Of a stretch of 24,000 bases of DNA, positions 8,337 through 15,607 are shown one piece after another (within the stretch, counting starts at the first letter, position 1; the number at the start of each line of letters is the position of its first letter). The notes beneath the pieces are model-generated. The model was not told the DNA's origin. It saw only the letters and a program-made list of their open reading frames with translations, and searched no databases. The translations under genes were made by a program, and so were the position numbers. The stretch is taken from positions 3,925,644 through 3,949,643 of the forward strand of contig NZ_CP035490.1 in assembly GCF_004135205.1 (NCBI RefSeq). Reading direction: 5' to 3'. The DNA comes from Hahella sp. KA22. GTDB lineage: Bacteria; Pseudomonadota; Gammaproteobacteria; Pseudomonadales; Oleiphilaceae.

Positions 8337-9403
8337 TGATTTCGTATGCACAAGGTAATTTACTTGAGGCGGAAGTGGAAGCGCTGGTGAATACCGTAAA
8401 TACCGTTGGAGTGATGGGAAAGGGCATTGCTCTGATGTTTAAAGAGCGCTTTCCGCAAAATATGCAGGCTTATGTCAGGGCCTGTAGAACAGGAGATGTG
8501 GTCACAGGGAAGATGTTCATCACTAAAACAGACGAGCTGATGGGGCCGAAGTGGATTGTTAATTTCCCAACGAAGCAGCATTGGCGCGCAAAGTCCAAAA
8601 TGGAGTGGATTGATGAGGGGCTTGTGGATTTGCGTCGATTTATTACAGAACACCATGTAAAGTCAATTGCAATCCCCCCGTTAGGTGCCGGTAATGGTGG
8701 TTTAAGCTGGCAGGACGTGAAGCGCCGCATTGAAAAAGCCCTTACTGATATTGAGGGCGTCGATATTCGGGTTTATGAACCCACAGCAAAATATCAAAAC
8801 GTTTCAAAAAAGGCGGGTGTAAGCGAGCTTACCACTTCACGAGCAATGGTCGCTGAACTTGTGCGTCGCTATTGGATACTCGGTATGGAGTGCAGCTTAC
8901 TCGAAATTCAAAAGCTTGCTTGGTTTTTACAGCGAGTAATTGATGCGCAAGGTTTAAAAAATGACTTGGAGCTTCATTTTGAAGCCAATTACTACGGGCC
9001 TTACGCTAATAACTTAACTCATTTATTGAATGCTCTAGATGGTAGCTACCTTAAGTCTGATAAGCGCATTCCTGACAGTGACCCTCTGGACGTCATCGCT
9101 TTTAACGATACCAAAAGAGAATACGTTGAAACTTATTTGAATACTGAGGGGCAGGATTATTTGCCTGCATTAGAAAAAGCCAGCGAGATAATTAGTGGCT
9201 TTGAATCGCCCTTTGGGATGGAGTTGCTTGCCACTGTTGACTGGTTGCTAACAAGAGAAGGGTGCGAACCTACTTTGGAGTCCATTAAGGGCGGTATTGC
9301 TCATTGGCCATCAGGAAAGAAATGGGCTGAGCGCAAGCTTGCTTTATTTGATGACAGAAGCTTGCAATTCGCAATAGATCGAATGAAGACGGCTTCAATT
9401 TAA
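8336..9403 (+). CDS. darG: DarG-type macrodomain antitoxin (N-terminal ADP-ribosylglycohydrolase macrodomain plus C-terminal DarT-neutralising-type domain)
   Basis: [40 protein letters not shown] and [15 protein letters not shown] macrodomain motifs; ATG overlaps the darT stop (TAATG). The track start at 8276 is upstream of the likely start. Confidence 0.93.
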   Translation: MISYAQGNLLEAEVEALVNTVNTVGVMGKGIALMFKERFPQNMQAYVRACRTGDVVTGKMFITKTDELMGPKWIVNFPTKQHWRAKSKMEWIDEGLVDLRRFITEHHVKSIAIPPLGAGNGGLSWQDVKRRIEKALTDIEGVDIRVYEPTAKYQNVSKKAGVSELTTSRAMVAELVRRYWILGMECSLLEIQKLAWFLQRVIDAQGLKNDLELHFEANYYGPYANNLTHLLNALDGSYLKSDKRIPDSDPLDVIAFNDTKREYVETYLNTEGQDYLPALEKASEIISGFESPFGMELLATVDWLLTREGCEPTLESIKGGIAHWPSGKKWAERKLALFDDRSLQFAIDRMKTASI

Positions 9404-9406
9404 AGA

Positions 9407-9437
9407 GGGGAAGTGCGGGCGGGCCGCCCGCGCTCCC
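9407..9437. repeat. GC-rich palindromic repeat, right copy, 4 nt after the darG stop
   Basis: Identical 31-nt direct copy of 6742-6772. Confidence 0.85.
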
Positions 9438-9445
9438 GGATCGGG

Positions 9446-11263
9446 TTAGTTCTGCAGTTGTTTTTCTGCGTCGGTTTTCCAGGGGGAGGCCAGGCCCAGT
9501 CTGAGGGAGGATTTGAACAGGCTTTGCGCTTCCGCCGTCTGGCCGCTTTTCTGTTTCACTTTGGCGTAATGGTAGTTGATGGTCGGGTTATTGGCGGCCA
9601 GTTGGTAGGCTTTGCCGATGTTGGTTTCCGCATCGTCAACTTTGCCCAGACGGAATTGTATCCAGCCCAGCGTGTCGAGAACGGTGGGGTTGATGGGGGC
9701 GAGTTTTGCGGCTTGCAGGGCCAGTTTCTCCGCTTCCTTGAGTTTGTCCGTCTCGCCCAGCAGGTACGCCAGATTATTCAACGCGCCCAGGTGGGAGTCG
9801 TTCAGATGCAGGACGCGGCGATAGGCGTCTATGGCCTGATCGGTTTTCTTGCCTTCCTCATACAGAGAGCCTAACAGGAACAATCCTTCGTGAGATTCCG
9901 GATTATTTTTGACCAGAGTTTCCATTTCCTGCTGGGCTTTATCCAGCTCGCCCAGTTGTTTCAGAGCGACGGCTTTGGCCATGCGCAGGGAGCCGGAGTC
10001 CGGCGCCCGTTGCAACCCTTTATCAAACAGGTCCGCGGCGGCGGCGTAGTCACGGGTGAAGGCGTGAAAGGAGCCTGCGTACAGATAACTCTGTGGGTTG
10101 TCCGGGTAAGTCTTTAACAGGTCGCTGTATACCGCTTTCGCCTTAACCGGGTCGTTCTGCAGCTGATACAGGCTGCCCAGACGCTGATAGTACGGGAAAG
10201 GCGTCTTGGACCGCTTGATCAGGTCTTTATAGACTTTCTCCGCCAGCTCATGTTTGCCGGATTGCGCGAAGTAATCGCCGGCCTGCACCGCCAGATTTTC
10301 CGGCAGCGCTTTGTCTTGCAGCGCTTTTTGGTAGTCGCTGACGGCTTTATCGTGATCGTCTTTCTTGGTGTAGGTCAGCGCGCGCTGGAAATAGCCCAGC
10401 CCCCAATCTGACTTTAATTTGAGCAATTGGTTGAAGCTGTTGAGTGAGTTATCCAGCTGACCCGCGTCGCGCTGGGCGATGCCCAGAGAAAGCAGGGGCG
10501 CAGGTTGTTTCGGCGACAATTTCAGCGCTTTCTGGAACAGGGGAATTGCCGCCTCAGGGCTTTGGTTGGCGACGTACGCGTTGGCGAGCAGCACCAGGGC
10601 GACGGCGTTGTCGCTGGTGGCGTCAATAATCGGGGAGAGCAGTTTGATGGCTTTGCCTGATTCGCCATTTTTGACGTACTGCTCCGCCAGATTAAGTTTG
10701 ACGCCCACATAACCCTCTGGCGTGTTGGCCAGACCTTTCTCCAGGTGCTCAATAGATTTGGCGACCTCGCCTTGTTCCTGATAGATCAAGCCCAGCCGTT
10801 GATGCGCGCGCGCATCGTTGTCGTTGTAGCCGACGGCGGTTTTGTAAGCGTTAAACGCCTTCTTGGGTTCTTTCAGGGCGGTGTGAACGTCGCCTTGTTT
10901 GGTCCAGGCGGAGCTTTGCGTTGGCGCCAATTGCGTGGCTTTTTGTAGCTGCTTGAGCCCTTCCTTGAGTTTTCCCTGCAACGCCAGCACCGTGCCTTTC
11001 AGCTCCAGCGCCAGTGAGTTATTCGGCTCTTTGGCGAGAATATCATCCAGCAGCTTCTGGCTTTGCATAAACTTTTGCTGCCGAATCAGGTCCAGCGCGG
11101 TGGCGAGATCCTGATTGGCGGGCTGCAGCTCGCCGCCGGCGGGAGGCGCGTCAAGAAAGAAAAGGCTGCTGTCGGACTGAGCGGAGCTGGGTTGCGTAAT
11201 GGCGGCGTGACTGCCGCCAACGGCGAAAAAAATCGCCAGCGCTAAAGAGAGGCGTTTGTTCAT
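9446..11263 (-). CDS. Secreted TPR-repeat protein, possibly PrsT-like (PEP-CTERM-associated)
   Basis: Signal peptide MNKRLSLALAIFFAVGGSHAA; many TPR units (e.g. AVALVLLANAYVANQSPEAAIPLFQKALKLSP); next to a PEP-CTERM gene. Track ORF extends to 11302 but MNKRLS at 11263 is the better start. Confidence 0.8.
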   Translation of the reverse strand: MNKRLSLALAIFFAVGGSHAAITQPSSAQSDSSLFFLDAPPAGGELQPANQDLATALDLIRQQKFMQSQKLLDDILAKEPNNSLALELKGTVLALQGKLKEGLKQLQKATQLAPTQSSAWTKQGDVHTALKEPKKAFNAYKTAVGYNDNDARAHQRLGLIYQEQGEVAKSIEHLEKGLANTPEGYVGVKLNLAEQYVKNGESGKAIKLLSPIIDATSDNAVALVLLANAYVANQSPEAAIPLFQKALKLSPKQPAPLLSLGIAQRDAGQLDNSLNSFNQLLKLKSDWGLGYFQRALTYTKKDDHDKAVSDYQKALQDKALPENLAVQAGDYFAQSGKHELAEKVYKDLIKRSKTPFPYYQRLGSLYQLQNDPVKAKAVYSDLLKTYPDNPQSYLYAGSFHAFTRDYAAAADLFDKGLQRAPDSGSLRMAKAVALKQLGELDKAQQEMETLVKNNPESHEGLFLLGSLYEEGKKTDQAIDAYRRVLHLNDSHLGALNNLAYLLGETDKLKEAEKLALQAAKLAPINPTVLDTLGWIQFRLGKVDDAETNIGKAYQLAANNPTINYHYAKVKQKSGQTAEAQSLFKSSLRLGLASPWKTDAEKQLQN

Positions 11264-11341
11264 CGATAGGGACCTTATAATTCTCAGACAAATTAGCATC
11301 ATGCTTTTGTGAGAGTGTAATCCAATATGCGGGATAAAAAA

Positions 11342-11365
11342 AAAGGGCGTTAAACAACGCCCTTT
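11342..11365 (-). terminator. Rho-independent terminator of the PEP-CTERM gene
   Basis: AAAGGGCGTT-loop-AACGCCCTTT 10-bp stem, followed on the minus strand by a long T-run. Confidence 0.85.
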
Positions 11366-11381
11366 ATTTGTAGCGGATTAC

Positions 11382-12413
11382 TTAGCTTTTTCTGCGACGA
11401 GCCAGCAAGCCAACCAGACCCAGACCCATCAACGCCAGGCTGGCGGGTTCTGGAACAGTTGCGCCGACAACGATGTGGTCGCGCTCGGTAGCGACTCTGC
11501 CGCCGTCAACAGTGGCGTAGATGTCGAAGTCGTAGGTGCCGGGAGTAGTGCCGGTGAAGGTGACTTCGAAATCATAGGTCGCAGCGCTGTCGCGGGTGAA
11601 AGAGCCGTTATAAGACGCAGGAGACACGGAAACCATGCCGGGAGGCGCGCCAGAGATATCGAGCGCCACTTCAGTATAAGAAGAAATAGCGGTCGAAATG
11701 GCGTCATTGATAGTGTCTACCAATGTGGTGGTGTCGATGCCTGCGTGATAGGTGCCGCCAGTCGCATTGGTGATGCGAGTAGCTTGACCGGTGCCGTCTA
11801 AGCAGAAGCCGAAAGTGCAGTTAGCGACGTCAATCGCTTCAACCTGGATGCTGGCTGCCTGCAAAGCGGCGGTAGCGCTGGCTTCAGTTGAGCCCAAAGA
11901 GGGGTCATGGCCCGTTGCGTCGCCGAACCACAGCAGGATGCGCTCTGCGTCCGGACGCCAGGAAATGGTGGTGGCGACCTGTTCCAACGCGTAGATATTC
12001 GCTTCGGGGAAATCGCCGCCGCCACCGGCGGTCCAGGTGTTGATCGCCGCTTGGGCCGCTGAGGTGTCGCTGGTCATATCGGTCAGGGTGCGATAAGCGA
12101 AGAAATCGCTGGCGTCACGATAGCCGCCGACCCCGAAGTTAATGTCGCCAAAGCCCGCTGCTGTGCCCAGTATAGAGCTGGCGGCGGCTTTAACCGCTGC
12201 AATCTCTCCACTCATGCTACCGGTTTCATCCATTAGGAAGAATACGTCTACCTTGGATGTGCTCGCTTCAGCGTCAACGGTGACTGTCTTGGTGATGGTC
12301 ACGCTTTCGCCGACATCAAGCGTCGCGGAGTAAGTAGTGGGAGAGATAGAGTCCGCCATCGCTGTAAACGGCAGAAACGCGGTTAGTGCGAGTGAGCACG
12401 CTAATCTTTTCAT
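11382..12413 (-). CDS. vWA-domain PEP-CTERM sorting protein
   Basis: Signal peptide MKRLACSLALTAFLPFTAMA; VDVFFLMDETGSM (MIDAS-type vWA), SSILG...YRD; C-terminus VPEPASLALMGLGLVGLLARRRKS; AGGAGG SD just upstream of ATG at 12413. Confidence 0.93.
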   Translation of the reverse strand: MKRLACSLALTAFLPFTAMADSISPTTYSATLDVGESVTITKTVTVDAEASTSKVDVFFLMDETGSMSGEIAAVKAAASSILGTAAGFGDINFGVGGYRDASDFFAYRTLTDMTSDTSAAQAAINTWTAGGGGDFPEANIYALEQVATTISWRPDAERILLWFGDATGHDPSLGSTEASATAALQAASIQVEAIDVANCTFGFCLDGTGQATRITNATGGTYHAGIDTTTLVDTINDAISTAISSYTEVALDISGAPPGMVSVSPASYNGSFTRDSAATYDFEVTFTGTTPGTYDFDIYATVDGGRVATERDHIVVGATVPEPASLALMGLGLVGLLARRRKS

Positions 12414-12493
12414 TGTTACCTCCTGGTGTGGGTTGTAGTTAGATTTAGTACTGCAATGAAAAATTTCTTGAGATTGCTCAGGGAACCTATAAG

Positions 12494-12508
12494 GCACAAA
12501 ACAGGCCA
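12494..12508 (-). promoter_or_regulatory. Candidate sigma-54 (-24/-12) promoter of the PEP-CTERM gene
   Basis: Minus strand TGGCCTGTTTTGTGC: GG-N10-GC spacing as in TGGCACG-N4-TTGC, about 80 nt upstream of the start codon. Confidence 0.4.
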
Positions 12509-12851
12509 ATCTCTTTAGAACCCCGCTTATTGGGGTGTTTCTTAACTCTTTCAGGAAGTGGCCATCCGGGAACTGTAAATTCGTTATATAAGCATTTCCA
12601 CTAAAGGCCAAAAGGCTTATTCCATTAAGGATAATTTCGCAAAAATCGAGGATTATGTATACAAAGCTAAGCGTCTGTTTTGTATCGTTTTTGTGCAATC
12701 TAACGATAGGCCTAAACGCCCCTGGCGCGGGGGTTAGATTGAATTTTAAACAAGCTGAAAATTAAGAAGGTGTAAATTCTTTGAACGCTGTCGAGGGACT
12801 CACAGGAAACGCAGGTGTGGCGTTAACTGTTTGTGTGGAGAATGAAAAAAT

Positions 12852-12881
12852 AGCGCTGACGGCTTGGTCGCTATCAGCGCT
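12852..12881 (-). terminator. Rho-independent terminator of the COG4315-like gene
   Basis: AGCGCTGA...TCAGCGCT 8-bp arms; on the minus strand followed immediately by ATTTTTTC. Confidence 0.7.
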
Positions 12882-12925
12882 CAATATGGCTATTTAACCA
12901 GCAAAGGAAGAGGCTTGGTGAATGA

Positions 12926-13459
12926 TTAAGGCTGAGCGGCGTACCACACGTCGCCTACGCCATGACCCGTCGCGTCGCCTTGCTGACGGTCGCCGACCCA
13001 AAGATACAGAGGCTGGTTTTTGTAAGCCCACTGATAGGTTCCGTCTTTGCGAGCGACAACGGTGAAGTCGCCCCAGGTTTTAGCGTCTTTCTTGGCGAAA
13101 AACGGAGGCCAGCTGTCTGCGCAGGAGTCGTAGCAGACGGATGCGCCGTTACTGTCCTTGGTGAAGGTGTAAAGGGTCATGCCTTGCGCGTTGGCGAATA
13201 CTTCACCGACAGAGGTGGTGACTTTGGTGACGACCTTAGAGGAGCTGGCGCTGGCTGAAGAAGTTTTCAGCAGGCCGCCGGCGTTGTCGTAGGAATTGCC
13301 GTAGCTGTCAGCGCTGGCGTAACTATTGGCGCTGTAGCTCTTGCTGGAGCTGGAATATTTCTCATCGCAATAACGATCCGCTTTGCCTTCGGCGAATACT
13401 GAGGAAGTGAAACCAGCGGTGGCGATCATCAGAGTGGTCAGCGCGGCGAACTTTTTCAT
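12926..13459 (-). CDS. Secreted protein with COG4315-type repeats (lipoprotein-like, unknown function)
   Basis: Signal peptide; GMTLYTFTKDSNGASVCYDSCADSWPPFFA and YQWAYKNQPLYLWVGDRQQGDATGHGVGDVWY motifs. Confidence 0.85.
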   Translation of the reverse strand: MKKFAALTTLMIATAGFTSSVFAEGKADRYCDEKYSSSSKSYSANSYASADSYGNSYDNAGGLLKTSSASASSSKVVTKVTTSVGEVFANAQGMTLYTFTKDSNGASVCYDSCADSWPPFFAKKDAKTWGDFTVVARKDGTYQWAYKNQPLYLWVGDRQQGDATGHGVGDVWYAAQP

Positions 13460-13472
13460 CTTTCTATCCTTT

Positions 13473-13502
13473 ATCTATCTAAGTGTGATCTATCTAAGTA
13501 TG
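13473..13502. repeat. 15-bp tandem duplication upstream of the 13459 start codon
   Basis: ATCTATCTAAGTGTG / ATCTATCTAAGTATG. Confidence 0.7.
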
Positions 13503-13680
13503 GCTAGCGGGTCTCGGACCCTGAATTTGAAACTCGTAGATAAAGACGACACGGACGCGGCATTTGGATGCAAAGAAAATAAAAAAATTTCTGATTTCTG
13601 AATTTCACTTTAAAAACAACTCTTAAGGTTCCTAAGAATGCGCCGTTAATCTGCGTACGTGAAACAAGGAGAACGGCTGG

Positions 13681-14115
13681 TTGCCGAGAAACCGTCAGCA
13701 CTACGATAGAGAGGCGGAGCATTGGGTAGGCGGGGTGTTCAAAGCGTTCACCACGGAACAGATGGCGGGCGACTTACGTGAGGAAGGTCTGCCCCTGAAC
13801 TTCATCGATGTGCACGTACTGGCCTGCGGCGGCGGATACGCCGGCGCGCTGTCGCCCTGGGTGGAGCGCTTCTGCACCAAACTTTCCAGAACCCATGTCT
13901 TTGTTGAGGTCACCGGATATCAAGGGTTCGTGCATATCTCCTCCGGCTCCATCCGCGTCGAAGACCGCAACGAACGCGGCGCCCGCAGCTTCTACAGCCT
14001 GGAGGAAAAAGCCGTCGTGTACCGCTCAGGCTATGCGGAAATGACCGCCGGCCGCGGCAGATCCTCCTTCGCCCGTCCCATTAATACGCGGGACCGGTCG
14101 CATCATAATATGTAA
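13681..14115 (+). CDS. Hypothetical protein (TTG start, AAGGAG upstream)
   Basis: 144-aa ORF; LNFIDVHVLACGGGYAGALSPWVERFCTKLSRTHVFVEVTGYQGFVHI looks like structured protein. Confidence 0.55.
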   Translation: MPRNRQHYDREAEHWVGGVFKAFTTEQMAGDLREEGLPLNFIDVHVLACGGGYAGALSPWVERFCTKLSRTHVFVEVTGYQGFVHISSGSIRVEDRNERGARSFYSLEEKAVVYRSGYAEMTAGRGRSSFARPINTRDRSHHNM

Positions 14116-14143
14116 GGAGGGGATGCAAAGGGCGCCTGTTTTC

Positions 14144-14773
14144 TCACAACACCCCAATAAGATGCGAAGCCTTGCCCCAAAAAGACACTGTCCATTCATT
14201 GTTCGAATACGTGATTTCGGAATAGGCGCAATTGAAGTGGGTGTACTGGCTGGCGCTGGCCTGGTCTTGGGCATGTATCCACCAGATTAGCGCCTTTAAG
14301 AAATTACCGTGAGTGAGGACCAGTATCGTCTCGTTGTGACGATGGTTGCTTGAAACCATGTCTAGAAACCGGTTTGCTCTGTGAGCGACTTGCAACAGGC
14401 TTTCGGCATTCCGGCAGGCTTTTGCGGACGGATGTTCTCCCCGGATAATGGCCCTGGCGGAAGGGTCTCTTCGGTCTATGTCATGCAGGGACAGGCCTTC
14501 ATAGGAGCCAAAGTTCTGTTCTTGCAGCAAATCGTTTATTTCAAAATCAGGCGAAATAACCTTGCATGTCTCCATACAACGTATGGCGGGTGAAGAATAG
14601 ACCTTGGCGAAGCGGTATTGCTTCACTTCCGTCGCCAGCCTGTCTGCTTGCGCTTTGCCCTGGTCCGTCAGGTCGGAGTTGAGGCGGCCTTGCAGGCGAC
14701 CTTGTTGATTCCAGACCGTCTGGCCGTGCCGCGCCAGGATGACTTTCATGCTATCCATTTCGTTCCATTCCAC
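14144..14773 (-). CDS. Histidine phosphatase family protein (phosphoglycerate mutase-like); start may be ATG 14749
   Basis: MKVILARHGQTVWNQQGRLQG (RHG motif), VYSSPAIRCMETCKVI, YEGLS, LVLTHGNFLKALI. Confidence 0.92.
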   Translation of the reverse strand: MEWNEMDSMKVILARHGQTVWNQQGRLQGRLNSDLTDQGKAQADRLATEVKQYRFAKVYSSPAIRCMETCKVISPDFEINDLLQEQNFGSYEGLSLHDIDRRDPSARAIIRGEHPSAKACRNAESLLQVAHRANRFLDMVSSNHRHNETILVLTHGNFLKALIWWIHAQDQASASQYTHFNCAYSEITYSNNEWTVSFWGKASHLIGVL

Positions 14774-14884
14774 TACTTCACTGATTCTCTATTCTGAACG
14801 ACCGAAAGATTGGCACTGTAGGGCTAACCTGGATTATTGTCGAGGGTAAGCAATTTCTTATTTCTTTTTGGGGGGAGAAAGAAA

Positions 14885-15208
14885 ATGAACTTCGACAAGT
14901 TTAAAGAAGAGACGTTAAAAGGCCTGCGCGCCTCGGCGGAATCTTATGCGGAGATGATTCTGTCCGAACCGGAAACCATGGCGGAATTAACCGACGCCAG
15001 CGATGAGGCCACACGGGAGGAACTCATTGACGAAATCGTCGACACCGCTTGGGAGCGCAACGGCGAAGCCTGGTTCGAACGCTTTGTCATCGAGCCGGGA
15101 CTACCCGACGACATTGAGCCAGGCGATTTAATGAAAATGCTGAGGCCCAGCGCCAAATACCGGGAATGGGTGCAGGCGGTGATTGAGGAGAGGGTTTCGA
15201 AGAGTTGA
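14885..15208 (+). CDS. Small acidic hypothetical protein
   Basis: ATG at 14885 following a purine-rich GGGGGGAGAAAGAAA; ordered acidic 107-aa ORF. Confidence 0.65.
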   Translation: MNFDKFKEETLKGLRASAESYAEMILSEPETMAELTDASDEATREELIDEIVDTAWERNGEAWFERFVIEPGLPDDIEPGDLMKMLRPSAKYREWVQAVIEERVSKS

Positions 15209-15257
15209 ATGTGGTAGAGTCCGCCCCCGAAATTTGTAGTGGTTAATTAAACAACAC

Positions 15258-15293
15258 ATGCTAGTAGCAATATTAAAAGGTGCTCTCTTTTAG
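15258..15293 (+). CDS. Candidate 11-codon leader peptide MLVAILKGALF
   Basis: ATG CTA GTA GCA ATA TTA AAA GGT GCT CTC TTT TAG; the stop lies in the 5' arm of the downstream SD hairpin. Confidence 0.35.
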   Translation: MLVAILKGALF

Positions 15294-15312
15294 GTATTTT
15301 CCTAAAGGAGAG
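15283..15312 (+). promoter_or_regulatory. Shine-Dalgarno-sequestering hairpin
   Basis: CTCTCTTTTAGG-tatttt-CCTAAAGGAGAG, 12-bp stem with one G.U; the 3' arm contains AAAGGAG and the GTG start follows at 15317. Confidence 0.65.
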
Positions 15313-15316
15313 AAGA

Positions 15317-15532
15317 GTGAAGAAAAGAGAAGTTCGTCTTATCAGGGCGTTTGGGAGCAATGAAGCAGGGCTGGCGGATTTACCTAAGAAGGTGTCCGGC
15401 ACAATGGTTTCGAGAGTGGTTCTGGGGGAAGAGTCCGGCTGCTCGCGCTGCTTTCCCCACGGTTTTGAAACCGTCAACGCCACAAGGCCTCAGCGCAGTT
15501 GGAAGACGAATCGTAAAACCAGATGGAAATAA
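15317..15532 (+). CDS. Small basic protein with CxxC (ESGCSRCFPHGFETVN...RSWKTNRKTRWK)
   Basis: 71-codon ORF with GTG start directly after AAAGGAGAG, followed by a terminator. Confidence 0.5.
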   Translation: MKKREVRLIRAFGSNEAGLADLPKKVSGTMVSRVVLGEESGCSRCFPHGFETVNATRPQRSWKTNRKTRWK

Positions 15533-15582
15533 ACGGTGAGAAGAGCGCCGATGTGCGTTTAACATCGCTGTTTCCAAAAGAG

Positions 15583-15607
15583 AACGGGGCTTTACGCCCC
15601 GTTTTTT
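15583..15607 (+). terminator. Rho-independent terminator
   Basis: AACGGGGC-tttac-GCCCCGTT followed by TTTT; it overlaps the 3' end of the convergent gene at 15606. Confidence 0.85.

Noticed and set aside
6596-9437. Dar region as a prophage or transposon
   Set aside because: No integrase, transposase, tRNA attachment site or IS-type terminal repeats seen; only REP-like palindromes.
9413-9874. Plus-strand ORFs opposite the TPR gene (also 9612-9824, 9890-10117 and similar)
   Set aside because: Antisense shadow frames of a high-GC coding gene; no independent motifs.
12414-12698. N-terminal extension of the PEP-CTERM ORF
   Set aside because: It is not protein-like. A perfect AGGAGG precedes ATG 12413, which starts a clear signal peptide.
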